A DNA stretch of 64,000 bases from Macrostomum lignano. Lineage: Eukaryota. How positions within the stretch are numbered: position 1 is the stretch's first letter; each line of letters opens with the position of its first letter. The DNA lies in assembly GCA_002269645.1 (NCBI GenBank), contig NIVC01001948.1, positions 62,001 to 126,000 on the forward strand. Reading direction: 5' to 3'. The notes under the pieces were generated by a model, which was given only the letters and a program-made list of their open reading frames with translations, had not been told where the DNA came from and made no database searches. Shown here piece after piece: positions 1-13,299 of this stretch. The position numbers were made by a program, and so were the translations under genes.

Positions 1-3000
1 AGACCAAAAAGAAAGTCAAATAGATAACTAAGGCTTGAGAATCAATTGTAACATAGCATTGGCAATACTATATATGGGAATTTGTAGTCATGCCAAAAAT
101 CTTATTGTACTCCTTATTATATTCATACAGATATATGAATACCACCTAGGATCTTTTTATACAATAGTGCACTTAGCATACAATACTATAAAACATTGCA
201 TATAAGAATCTTAGTATCTTTGAGAAAATGCCATTTAATGCCATTCAATATTTTTACTTATTTAAAATGAAATTATATAATTTGAACCCTTAGCCATTTT
301 ATTGATTTGAACTAGCTAAAAATACTAAAGGTATAATTCAATATAGAAGCCTAAATAGCTTCTTATCACTGCTTAAAAATCTTGCAAATTAAAAAATTAT
401 ACAGCCATAGGCCTTTAATTAAAAAAATTCCATTGTAAAAATCTATTTTAGTTTACATTTTCTATCTTTGTCATTAAGGCTATGTTTATAAACTATTTAA
501 GCTACTTTTTTCTTTAATTATTAGGGCCTAACTATAACTACAGTGACTATTTTTGTGACTACTATATTGGCCCTAATAATAAGTCCAATTCAATTCATAA
601 CTAAAAAGCTTAAGCTTGATTTGCAAAACAAAAACTTTTGATAATTTTATATTTAAACATCATTAGGTTAGGCCTATCAACTAAGTCTAAAATTCGATCA
701 GATTGGTATAAGCCATTTTTAGGCCTACAACAAGTTATTGTAGTGACAAATTTTTTGGTAAAAAACATTTTTAGATGACAAATTGCTTGTGATAAACATG
801 TCACTTTTAGTAAAAAAGGAAACCATTTGTTGTGGTAGGGTTTCCTAGAAAAGCTTTTATTCAAATATATGCATAACAATTTATATGTTGTTTTACTTTT
901 CTAAATATTTTCCAATAATAGCCTTTTGTATTTAAATATACTTTTCACAATCAGTATAAAAAGGGAGCAAAGTTTAGGAGAGAAAAGACAACTTGCTATT
1001 ACAAATTAAATCGTTACAGCTAGTTCAATAATACATGTTTGCTAAATTGTTCTCAGATCTTTAAAGCATTATTCATTTTACCAGTAAGAGATTCTAAGAG
1101 CGTTTCAAAGAAAGTGTGCTAAAGAATAGAGAGAGAGAAATCGGGAATTCATGCAAAAGCAGTATTAAGAGTGATCATTATGACCCTCTAATCTCGGCAA
1201 CGCCCAGACTGGAGAAAGAAAAGCACATATACCAGTAGACTGCTTAGGCCATAAAAAGTATAAGAAGGCTACCAGAATATTACTAAGGATGCTACCAGAA
1301 TATATTCAAATGAAATTCTAAGAAATAGTAGAAATATTAGCATAGAAATTAAACACCTATTACAACTTTGGTAGCAGCTTGTAGGATATTTAATAAACAC
1401 TAGCATCAATAGTTTAGGAGTTTAGAAAGATAGCCAAAAGCCCTGTCACAGTTGGTAGTCATTTTAGAGATATGCATTTCAGGTTCAGGATTTTATACTA
1501 TTATATGCCAGAATGAAAATTGCCTTTGTAGCTTATTTATGCCAATGTATGCCAACAAACTTTTCATTGCATATAAAATATACTAAAATGAAAATTATGA
1601 CCAATTTTAGGTGGATGCAAAATTTTAATATTTATAAAACTAGTAGGTAAAAACCAGTAAATGTTTTACTAAATTGCATAGAACAAGTTCATTTCAACTT
1701 TTTCATTTGTTCAACCTATAACTTTTTAGAAAAGTTTTTTATTTAGTTTTCCATTTTTGGAAAGATCAGAAGCTATTCTTTCTAATAAAAAATTAGCTAC
1801 TATAACTATGTACATAAAGACTATACAACTATACCAAACATAAACTTATATGTTAGTTGAGTATTATTGGGACTTGGAACTTTTGGAGTTTTGGTAACAG
1901 CTACTATCTTGGCAATCTTTATATGCCAATATATATGCCAAGAGGGCATGCTAGGCCCCTCTGTATGCCAAGTTATATGCAAATAATGTATTTTAAGTCC
2001 CTTTATATACCAGAATTTTCTAGTATACATGTATACTATCGAGAGTCTAGCATGTATTTTAGCCTATTTACAATTATTAGTTTTTTAGCTATCTTATGAA
2101 TATAGAATATTTATATTTTGTATACTTTGAAAATTTTATTATCTAAATTAAAGTAGTATTTTAATCTTAGTTATAATAAAACAGGGGACTTATTGAACAA
2201 AACTAATAGGCCTAGTTGTCATTATTAACAAAATTATTATTTAACAAAACATTAAATTTGTTTTAAGAAATGATATGCCATTTTTGTACAAATCATATTT
2301 AAAGTATTCTTATAATGAAATGTGCCCTAAGAAAACCACAAAAAATATTTATAAAAGATGGAAAATGCATGAACAGAAAATTGTTTTGCTTTTGAACTAG
2401 CAAAATAATCAAAATAAAATAAAAATTAACATTTTAGTTAGGCCTACTTAGGAATTTTAGCAAAAATAACTTGACAACTATGTCTTGTCACCAAAATAAC
2501 TGCAATCCAATTTGCTTTACACTTTTATTTGGATAGTATTAAACAAGTTAATGACAACAACAAGTTAATTACTTAGTTTAGTTAATTTGATTTTAGTCCT
2601 TATCAATAGGTATAGGCCTAGGCCTACTCTAACAAATTTGACTATAAGCTTGGGCCTTGGTATAGGCCCTAGGGGCATAGCTAAAGCCATAAGCATGCAT
2701 ACATACTAGATTTTTACCTACAGATACTGGGCTAGGCCTACACAAAAAGTCTAAGTTGGGCCTAACAAACTTAGGTCGTCTTTAACAAAGACAAAGAAAA
2801 AAGACAATAAAAGAATATAAGACATAAGAGCTAACTAGATATGCTAGCTCATAGATCAGCAAGTTAGGCATCAGAATTGTCTTAGAAATTCCTCAACGTC
2901 AAAACTTGGCTTATTTATAAGTTAGGCCTAGGACTAACTTAAATAAAAACTAAATGAATCAACTTTAAACTATATCTAGTGAGCTATGCTATACATCAGG

Positions 3001-4796
3001 ATACTGAGGATAGCGGATAAAGCCGTGATCTGTATGCACCATGAAGCGTTCTCTCGCTTATATGCTAATGTATCTCTATATTCTAAATTTATCAATCAAG
3101 GGCGGCTTAGCTTTGCTAGGCTTAGCCGCTTAGTAAATGTTTATTTATCGATATTGTACGAGTGATTCGACGAAAATTCATTTATGAATACAGTTTGAAT
3201 GCATGCACATTTTAACAGAACTGCTTATTTGTTACTTTCTAAAACAAATTTATTTCTCTTTAAAAAGGACAAAGGTAGTTTGTCTTAGCTAAAGTTTTTA
3301 GCACCTCTAATTTGGCTCGAAATATGCATATAATTTTCTGGTCTGTCAGATATTGTCTGTAACGATCTTCTAAACCTACTGTATTTAATTATATGAAACA
3401 TTTTATATAAACGACTTAACTGATTCTCACCAAAGTTGCACCCACTCAAATAAGAAATAGGTGAACGTATTCCGTCGAAAGAATTATAAGTATTTTGCAA
3501 CCAGCAGAATATAATAATACCGCCCTAAATAAAACTGCATGTGCTCCTACAAAAACTGATGTGTATGTAACTAAAAGATCGGCAACCAAGCACAATGAAT
3601 TATGACAGCTGCTGCTTAACTTTTGCTAACTCTGCCTGTAATGTTTTAGATGGGCTGGTGGAACTCGCACTCCAGAGGTGTCATGCAATAATTATCGATT
3701 GTCCTTAATCACTTACACTATAATAGATATACTACATGTACCATGCAGCTTATAATTCTTCAGGTCGTGGAGTGCCTTGCTATCGGGTCAGGTACAATAT
3801 ATATAGCTACATGTACTGTAGTTGAGATCGAGCTGCATTCAATTCTTTATCCAGAGTGGAACTATGTCAAGTTACGTCTGATTTATTTACATTGTAACAT
3901 CATGTGTGTAAATGCATGAAACATGCATACTCTATACTGTAAAAAACACAGATCACATTCATGTAAGCCAAGCATAAATATAATTAAAGTTGAAATGAAA
4001 AAGCATATACGTGTAAAATAATCAGGACACATATTTGAAACAGCAAAAACAGTAAAAATGAAGCTGGTTTATTATTATTTTTTTATTAATTTCTGAAAAA
4101 ATCTAAACAAAAAATACCTTTAAAAAATATTATAAAGAAGCTATTACGATCGATAGCTAACAATTGCAAAGGTATTCAAGAGAAATAATGCTTCGAATTG
4201 GAACAATTTAGTTCAGAATGTCTATTTGTGGACCAAAATAAAAAAACGTGTAGATCCCAGCGTCAACTAAATGTTTTGCATTAAAAATTCAATCGATTCA
4301 ACCAACAAAAGCCAAAGCAACTGATGAAAAAATATAAAAAGGCCCTATTAGGAGAACTAGCAATCCAGTTGTAGGCAGTTATTCGTTACTATATAAAGCC
4401 TTTTATCAGTAGTATAAATCAAGAAACGTCAATATTTAAACTTTCGCTGTGTCTGCCTAAATATAATATCGAGTCACGACGAAACAGCAGAAAAAAGTTA
4501 TCAACATTTTAAACTTAATGACGCGCAGCTTCTCTGATCTACAAATTATGGACTTTTTGGCAGAAAAACAAACCAGAAACCAGAACAGTCGTATTAATTA
4601 GAGTAAAAAGCATAGAAAATGAATTGCTTTAATACTCGCATTTCTTGTAAATATGAATATTGTTTTCGAATAAGTGAAAAACTTCTATTATATTTGAGAA
4701 CTTTGCAAGGAATTCGAAGATTGACTCCAGAATTTTCTTTGTAAGTAAGAAATCAGAGGCTTCGATGTGAATCCCCATATACTCGTATGACTTGAC

Positions 4797-5527
4797 GCGG
4801 GGAATCCCCGAACTTTGACACAGAGAATCCTTATAAACTCAGATGCAGGGAATCCGTATAAACTCAGATGCCGGGAATCCGTATAAACTCAGATGCAGGG
4901 AATCCCTATAAACTTAGATGCAGGAAATCCCTATAAACTCAGATGCAGGGCAAGCCTTGATACGGGGAATCCCTATGAATTTTAATACGGGGAATCCCTA
5001 TAAACCGATGCGGGAATCCACGTAAGCTTCAATGCGGGGAATCCCTGTAAGCTTTGATGCGGGGAATCCCTGTAAGCCTCGATGCGCGGAATCCCAAGTA
5101 AACTCTGATGCGAAGAATCCATATAAGCCTCAACACAGGGAATCCCTAGTAAACTCTGATGCGAAGAATCCATATAAGCCTCAACACGGGGAATCCCTAC
5201 AGTATGAACTCAGATGCTGGGAATCTCTATGAAGTCTGATGCTGGGAATCCCTGTAAGCCTTGATACGGGGAGTCCCTATGAATTCTGGTGCGGGGAGTC
5301 CCTATGAATTCTGATGCGGCGAATCCCTACAAACTTTGATGAGGGGAATCCCTGTAAGCCTCGATGCGGGGAACCCCTGTAAGCTTCGATGCGGGGAATC
5401 CCTGTAAGCCTCGATGTGGGGAATCCCTGTAAGCCTGGATGCGGGGAATCCCTGTAAGCCTCGATACGGGGAATCCCTGTAAGCCTCAATACGGAGAATC
5501 CCTGTAAGCCTCAATGCGGGGAATCAC
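4797..5527. repeat. ~25-bp minisatellite (GGGGAATCCCTGTAAGCCTCGATGC and variants)
   Basis: Tandem units are directly visible. They are degenerate at the left and homogeneous at 5340-5520. Confidence 0.9.
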
Positions 5528-5711
5528 CAATGAAGGGGATTCTGTTCCAGTGTGCTAATTCAGCAGAAGCCGAAACATATTTATGTAGCTTTGGCTCGTA
5601 AAAAATTCGTAACATAACAGAAACCATTCCACGAAAACTTTAAACTTAAAACTTCACTTGCGTAACCGAAATAACTTCAATTAACTTCTCAAAAACAAGA
5701 ATCGTCCAAAT

Positions 5712-7416
5712 TCAATGCCGACGAAGCCGAAAGCAGGGCGGTTCAGGCGATCTCTCGCGCAGATGCTCATAGAGCCCCATTGTGTTCTCAGCAATCAGTG
5801 GGGCAAGCAATTCGGCGTAATTGGTACCTCCGGATTCGCCAGCGTTGCCATGGCTACTACTATGCTGCTTTTTGTTTCGCTTGCGCTGTTTCTGCTTCTT
5901 TTTCTTATTTCGCTGAGAATTCCCGGCTCCGTGTTGCTGAGCCTGATTTTCCCATTTCTGCTTCTGCTCGAATTCGTATCTGGCGAATACTACTCGGTGA
6001 TTCAATTGATGAATAGCTGTCGATAGTTCTTCGCCCTTTTTGTCAGCTTTAGCCAGTCTAGCGCTAAGCTCGGCGTTGTACTGCTGCTCTCGGGCCATCT
6101 GGATCTTCAGGTCTTCCAGCTGCTGCTTGGCTTCGTCTTTCACTTTTTCGGCGACTTCAAGACGCTTACGAACGCGTTCGCCTTGCCCTTTCAATTGGGC
6201 TTCTTCGATCTCTTTATTGCCCAAATAGATTTTTAGTTCACTGATTGAGTGAATCATTTCCGCTGTCTTGGCGCGAGTCTGCTCAATTTGACGCTGTTTT
6301 GCCTCGTGAGTTGCTTTGGCCGTCTTCAGAGCCTGCACCAGTTGAGACTGGGTCTCCAGAGAGAGAAGGCGATGCAGTGAAATTTGGAACAAATTTGATG
6401 AATGATCGAAGTGCGGCTAAGGTTTCAAAACGATTGTTTAAAATACAAAATTGGGGTCTACATGTAAGGAGCTGAAAGGAGTCTGTCATGAATATAGCCC
6501 AGGTGCCAAAGCAGAAGTCATGAAGAAATAAAGGGCCTATGTAACCTATGTACACAAATGATACGTCATTTCTGGTCACAGTGACACCAACAAGCTGGGT
6601 TTGGCAAAAAGCGACAAAAATAGGACTTATAAACAATTTAAGGACTATTATGTCAACTTAAGCTCATAAAGTAGAGTCCCTAATTATCCCCTTGCTTGTT
6701 CTCCCCTATCCCAAGTCCAAGTTTCGTAGCTTTTTTGCCAAACTCAGCTACCTGGTGTCATTTTGACCAGAATGACGTATCATTTGTATACATAGGTTAC
6801 TCGGGATACACTTTATGAGTTTAGGTTGAAAGTCCCTTTAGCTATTTTTATCCTATAGAATGAGTACCAGAGGCGTCAACAATGCAAAATTTCTACATAC
6901 ATATACATGTACAACACATAATACTGGTAAGTCAATACTTACCTGGTTCTGCCAAACGTTCACTGACTGTCTTAGCCAACTGACCATCTCTTTTGGCTGC
7001 ACGCCAACCAGAGCTAGCTCCTCACCTCGCATGTTCAAACGGGAGCTAAAAAGATACTCTTCGCTGTCCACCTCGATAGGAATACAGCACAGAGCGCACT
7101 GGTAACCAGTAGGTGAACGCGAAGTTCGACCTGCAGCCCATGGAGAATGTGGACTGCAGAACACGTGACCACATGGCAGGACCCAGCCTTCATCGTGGAT
7201 GATGTAATTACAATTTAGCATGTTGCATTGCAGTTTCTTGTGCAACTCTAGAGACCAAAGATTCTTAGATGTGATGCCATTTGGCTCACAATCAGGTATA
7301 TACTCTTCAGAATCATTGGGCTTAAATTGGTTGGCAGGGACCAAGCTAGTTGCAGCTTCAAATTCGGATTTACTTTGGGATTCAGATGGAGGCTCCATCT
7401 GGGACACTGCATCCAT
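5712..7416 (-). CDS. CCNB1IP1: HEI10/CCNB1IP1-like RING E3 ligase with C-terminal coiled coil (~392 aa; exons 7416-6943 and 6416-5712)
   Basis: CNMLNC..WVLPCGHVFCSPH..SRSP..CALC..SEEY..LVGVQPKEM..VWQNQ follows the recalled HEI10 pattern CNYRKC..WVTACSHIFCDQH..SRSP..CPAC..SEEY..LAGLRPE..FWTYQ. The GTAAGT donor at 6942 and the phase-0 TTAG acceptor at 6417 join in frame to a coiled-coil exon. An upstream exon is possible, because an acceptor sits directly before the ATG. Confidence 0.7.
6541..6800. mobile_element. MITE-like foldback element (~70-bp inverted arms) in the HEI10-like intron
   Basis: 6541-6610 GTAACCTATGTACACAAATGATACGTCATT...GTTTGGCAAAAA is the reverse complement of 6731-6800 at roughly 85% identity. 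No TSD was found. Confidence 0.55.
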
Positions 7417-9702
7417 CTGAAAAAATTAAAAGGCAAATAGTAAATTAGATACAAGCGTAGCATCAACACATTGGACAAAAAAAACTTTAAACTTTTTGTT
7501 GTAATCTTACCAAATTTAGAGTTTTAGCATACAAACTAGATGATTAAATTAAAATAAAAACGTTAGCAATAAATAAATAAATAAGACTTATTGTATGAAA
7601 GAAGAAACTTTGTCAAGCTTTTAATTCGGATTTTTACTAATTTAATTTAGATTTTGATTAAGTATTAATAAAAATATTATGAATCTTTAATAGAACTATT
7701 TAATAAAATAAACTTATTCATAGAGGTCAGATGAGATCCCAATCCCAATCCCAAAATCCTGGGATCCCAAAGAAAATTGTATTTCCATGGGACCAGGATC
7801 CCAACCCTAAAAAACATGAGAATCGGGAACAGGTCTTTTGATCAAAAGTTTATAGAATTAGTGATTACTTAAATGTATTTTGTTTTAACTTGTATTAATT
7901 ACATTATTACTTTGTTCATTACAAAACTTTGCATCAATTTTGTTATGTTTTACTTTTGATCTTGACATTTTTTGCTCAGTTTTGTTTAACTTTATATGGA
8001 CCTACAAACTACAATACACTAAAAGACCTGATCTAGATTCCCAAATCCCAATCCCGATCCTGATCCCAAGAAAAAAATTATTCCCAATCCCAATCTTGCC
8101 CAAAGATTTCAATCCCATTCAACCTCTACTTATCTAGTATTGAATTCAAAAGAAAAAGCATAAATATTTACCAAGATATATCAGTCAATCTACTTTTAGA
8201 AATAATATCTAGGAGATTCTATAGCAGCCTAAAATCATTAAGTAATTTGACTATTATAGTAAAAAAATAAATATTAAATTCTTAAAATCTTAAAAAAGTC
8301 TTTCAATTGTTTGGATCAAAAATAAAAAATTGAAGTGGCTGGTAAAAATTCAATTATGAACTTTTAAACTATTTACCAAGGATTAATTAAGGAAAAACCA
8401 AAGACAATAGTGGTAATGAAGAAATGATTAAAGCTGTATCTTATAATTTTTAGCAGCTTCAAAACATTACTATATTGCTACTCTATAGAAACAACTAATT
8501 TCTACAATTGTAGCTTTGGTTATAAAAACACACAGACCAATTAAAGCTTACATTACAAATCATGTTCCAAAAATGAAAGACTTCTAAATATCTAAAAAAT
8601 TGAAAATTATGTATTAGAATTAGAAAGAACTAAAGCAAACAAATAATACACAAGTTCAGTTTTGAACCCGATTCTTCAGGTTTACTGGCTGTTTGCATAG
8701 GATTCTTCAAGCTTGCTGCCTGTTTGCATCAATAAAAAAATTAAAATATTCGCTTCCTGTAATTACTTTCTAACTCGATTCTAATCGATCCTTTATAGTT
8801 ATAAAGAATAACTTGTGTTAATTTTTAATAGAGAATTACTTGACCTAGAAATGAATATTGAAGAGATATATGACTTGGTTCCAATATGATACTTCGAGTA
8901 AAAGTTTATGCATAAACTCGTGCAGTCCGTTAGTACAGTCCAAAAAGATCATGCGCAATGCGCGAGCGAAACTTTTGAATTGGTGCGTCAGCTAATCCCT
9001 TCCGTGATAAGATTTATCGTAAAAACTTACAAACTGCGAAAGCTATAAAGTGATGAAACCTCATAAAAAATAATAAAAAGATAACAAAGTCAGGTAAAAG
9101 CTACAATTCTCAAACTTCTTAGAAAATATGACCGCCTTTCCCCCAAAGCTGATCAACAACAGTCACATGTACGCATAATTAGGTACATTGTTAACCTGCT
9201 TAAATAGGTATAATCGAGTTCCACAAAAGCTAGATAGTGACTAAATTTAGCAATCTGTGTTCTCCCATTAAAAAATACCCATTTTTATCAAACATATTTT
9301 TTTCAGCTTGGATGTGTCTCAATACAGGACGAGACAACAGGATCTACATTTAGTACATGCGCGTAGGTGTTATGCGTACTGCATATTTTATCGATGGTTT
9401 ATATTATATCAATATTAATCGATTGAAGTCTACAACAATGAATGCATGTACATATGTGCATGCATTTTTCGGCATGTAAACTGGCAAAGTCTACTATAGC
9501 TCCCCCAGTTGGTCTTTCAGTTCAATTCCGTTAGCCTCAGCTGCAACTGTGCAACCTGTACAGCCATCCGACGTTGCCAACGCCTTACCTACTACAGTAA
9601 TCGACGTTCAGCCGACGTATGACGATATTTGCCATTGAAGTCGACAGATGGCTGCGGGTTGTGCAGTCGATCTCCAGTCCATGATCGTCGATTTGTCCTT
9701 AT

Positions 9703-10041
9703 TCCCGTACAACAATCCGACGTATCTGACCGACGTCGTACGACGTCTATGTAACATTACGTGTTTCCTATTGGTCAGACGTCGGGCTGACGTCGAAGTC
9801 GTAGTCGAAAAATTAAATTCGCCTTAATTCACGTTATTCGCCTTAAATAATTAAATTAAGCATAACAGTATTGCTTGCCAGTTCATCCCGCGAAAATAAA
9901 TGTTAAAGCAGTGCGAAATAAATTTTTGGACTACGACTTCGACGTCGGCCCGACGTCCGACCAATAGGAAACACGTAATGTTACATAGACGTCGTACGAC
10001 GTCGGTTCAGAGGTCGGTGCGACGTCGGATTGTTGTACGGG
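9703..10041. mobile_element. Foldback/MITE-like element with ~110-120-bp inverted arms and ~105-bp spacer
   Basis: 9703-9814 matches the reverse complement of 9921-10041. The inner 85 nt have 3 mismatches, and the right arm carries a ~10-nt insertion. Confidence 0.7.
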
Positions 10042-10924
10042 ATTAGCGATGAATACAGTTTCTCTAATTAAGTAAGTAAATGATGAGGACGCACATTTTC
10101 CCAAATTCTACGCTAGCACATGGGCTCTATACTTGCTAGCCTACTAACAACAGGCTATGGGCCTTTTTTCTTCTCTTTATGCAATTTTACTAGAATCCAT
10201 ACTAATTATGTGATTTTGCCATACTAGTATTTAAAATAACATAGGCGCGTCTTTTGGGTCATAAGTCATTGCTTTCGAGCTGGTCTGACAGCCACCTGCG
10301 CCTCACTCAATGCTGAGACTGGCGACAGATGGTCTGAGAGGATGCGGGCGGTAGATTTTTTCTCATCATTTTGACAGGCCAGCAAGATTTATGAGGTCAG
10401 GGCCTATTGTTCGTGTTCACTCAAGCGTGTGACAGCTTTGACAGCTAAGCATTTTACCCCTAAAAGTACGTTGAGATTAGCGATTAGCGATTTCTCTTCA
10501 TTATTGTTATGTCTTCTTTTACACCGAAGAAATTAGACGGAAGATAGTGTTTGAGCGTTTGCGAGCTTATGCCACTCGAGAGCATAGCCGTTTTTGAAAC
10601 TTAATATATTTCTTTGGCTCGCGAGCCGTCTCAAGCATTTAATACTGTACCGAGTATCTAGAGTTTCAACCCTAGACACTTTAGAAGCAGAAAGCAAAAG
10701 TCTATAAGAAGTCAGAAGTCACGTCACAACAATTATCTTCACTTCCTACTTAATAAGAGCTTTCTAATGTATATTTTTTCATTAATTTTTGCCATTTCTA
10801 CGCGAAAGGTCATAAATCATTATGTAGCGATTTTGAGTGATTTATGACCGCACGTGTCGTATTTTTATGGCCCCGAAGGAACTGATAGGATTTCTTGGTC
10901 ACGTGAATTTGGTTGGCAACAAGC

Positions 10925-11334
10925 TCAGCCAATCAGAAAATTCGACTGCGTTATGACAAGTCGGCTCAGCCAATCAGAGTCGAGGTGTTCCATTATAACA
11001 ATGGCGGTCCAGTTGGCGGCTATTTAAACCGGCGTTTTTGGCACGCTCGGACCTCAACTGGCTGTAACTCGGCTCCAACTCCTAGGTCGACTTTGGCCTA
11101 ACGGAGCCCGACCGTCGTCTTTTGATCCCCGGATCGCGACTCCCCCCCCATCACCATCAAGGACGAATTCCCACGGTCGTCAGCAGCGAACATCAAAGTT
11201 GAGAGCATCACCTGCTAGCTATCTGCGAAGATTGTGACATCAGCATCATCCCGGGTCTACAGCTGCGAAGCACTAAGCCGATTCGGTCACTGCGGATTAC
11301 CTGGTCTCCGGCTGTTGAGTTTCTGATTGGTTGG
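10925..11334 (+). promoter_or_regulatory. Candidate Nav2 core promoter and non-coding first exon
   Basis: There are two AGCCAATCAG boxes (~10928, ~10968), TATTTAAA at 11021, and a donor-like GG|GTGAGA at 11335. A second possible UTR exon lies at 12679-12806, and there is an acceptor TTAG at 13291 just before the ATG. No transcript evidence; a solo LTR is an alternative. Confidence 0.35.
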
Positions 11335-13299
11335 GTGAGAGGCTACCTAGACTTGCTTGATTGGGTGATTCCTTCACCTGTCCCCTATTTCAGTAGCTGG
11401 ATTAGGCGCACACTTTTGCTCATTTTGTTCAGTAGTGCTGTTGCTGAGGCAGAAATCATTCAATAATACTGTTAGTAGTCCGAAACTCCAATTCAATCTG
11501 AAGTGTGAAGTGATTTAAGGAAAAAGTTAAATCTGACAGTTATTTTCATCTGTTTTATTACTTTGTTCGCCGATGGCTCAGATGAGTAGCTAAGCTAGTA
11601 GGCGCCAGTCACAGTGGCAAGGCAAGGCAGCATGGCAAGGCAGTTCTCAGTCGATCAATCTATCAAATCAGTTATCAAAATTGCCAATAGTGCAAAATCG
11701 GCGCTAGAGATGTACTCTGTGCACTCTAGGTTCGCCAAGCGGCTCGGATAATGATCAATCATGCGGTCTCTGAAGTTCGAGTTAGCCTATCATCAGCGCT
11801 ACGAGAGGCTGGTTGGCGCGTTGAAAGCCAAAAGTACAATTCCTCGTATTTAGCAATGTAATAGTACATGTAGCTACCTCATAGTCTCGCCACTGCAAGA
11901 ATCCCCTGCACAAGTCCCCTCTGTACCTGCATGGCCAATGCGATCAAGTCCCAGCAGTGTCCCCTGTCATCGGCTATGACTTCGAGATTGACAGCGAAAA
12001 GACACTAGTTGGCAGGTAGTGCAAAGCCCCCTCTAGTCGGAAGCCCGATTTCGAAAGTTCCGGTTTGGTGAGCCAGGACGTACGGGCTGGTGGCAGCGGG
12101 TTCGTTAATCTGCGGATTAGCTAATTTCTACCTTCAAAATCCTCCCTGCTTGTCTCTCGCTGTCCCTCTCTTAGCTATAGGACCTAGACTGCTCGCCACA
12201 AGATCAAGCTACCATGGGGCTGACTATCTGACAGGAGTGGGGGGCCAGGACTCTAATTGATTTATTTCTGAGACCTGAGGCCCGAAGGCTTCCCCAAAAG
12301 GGGGCCGAAAGGCCGAAACCCATCATAAAGTAATAATATTTCCTAAGCCACATTGCATCGGTACATAAGTCGCAATATCTTTCATATACATATCTTTTCA
12401 AGGCTCGTCAAACGCGACCATTTTTTGTTATAAAAGTACATTCTCAGAAATTGGTGCAAATAATTGGGCTGCAGAACACAAAAAGGTGCAGAATACTAAA
12501 ACTCATCTTTTAACCGACTATATGCATGCAGAATATGGTCTCATCGCCTCTCTATATTCGCTGCCAATACCGCAGCGAAGGGGTGTTGAGCATACACAGC
12601 CTATAGTCCGACTGTTTAACAGCACGCATGCAAGCTATCTCGTCAAGCTTGCTAGCTGATTTGAATTGTTCTCTACAGCCCCTGCAGCTCTATATATTTT
12701 GCTTGGCAACCGACAAAAGCACCTAGCTTTTCTAACTCAGACTAGAACGAGATCTTATTGGAAGATATCAGTTGAAGAGAGTATAAGACCGTGAACAATT
12801 AAATAGGTAGAGGGACGAAACTTCATGCTGCATGAACATTGGAGGATTCTTCAAAGCCCTGCAGCGATGCAAATTGTTAGCAGTACTGAGGGTAGAAGAG
12901 ACTAACCCTGCCTCTGCTAGCACGCTCCGAAGAGATGCCGCGGGCTTATTGGAACAAATGGCTCACTGGGTGCGCTCGGGTCAAGACAAACCTGGGGGTA
13001 CTTAGGGTGAAGGGGTGAGACGCAAAAAAGAGTGCATTTTTTACAATCAACCACCCCAGCAAGCAGTCTTTGGGTATAACAGCTCCGACGGAGGCTCGAC
13101 TCTACGCTTCATCTTGCGCAGACAAACTATATTATACAGCTTTCAGTTCGAAATACTACCTGGTTGGCCTTGGTTAATAATCAACGTTACTCAAAACGAC
13201 ATCAAAGCGCCCTGTTAGCCAAAGAATGGCGTCACTTGAGTAAAACAAATCGACCAAAGAACTGCTAATTAACAAGTTCTAATCTGGTTAGAAAAAGCA

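Noticed and set aside
3095-3135. Short GC hairpin GCGGCTTAGC..GCTTAGCCGC as a Helitron 3' end
   Set aside because: No CTAG/CTRR terminus at the expected distance and no other Helitron features.
7733-8120. ATCCCA-rich motif cluster as a telomeric or regulatory repeat
   Set aside because: It is not TTAGGG-like and is too degenerate. It is probably a fragment of a dispersed repeat, and I could not define its ends.
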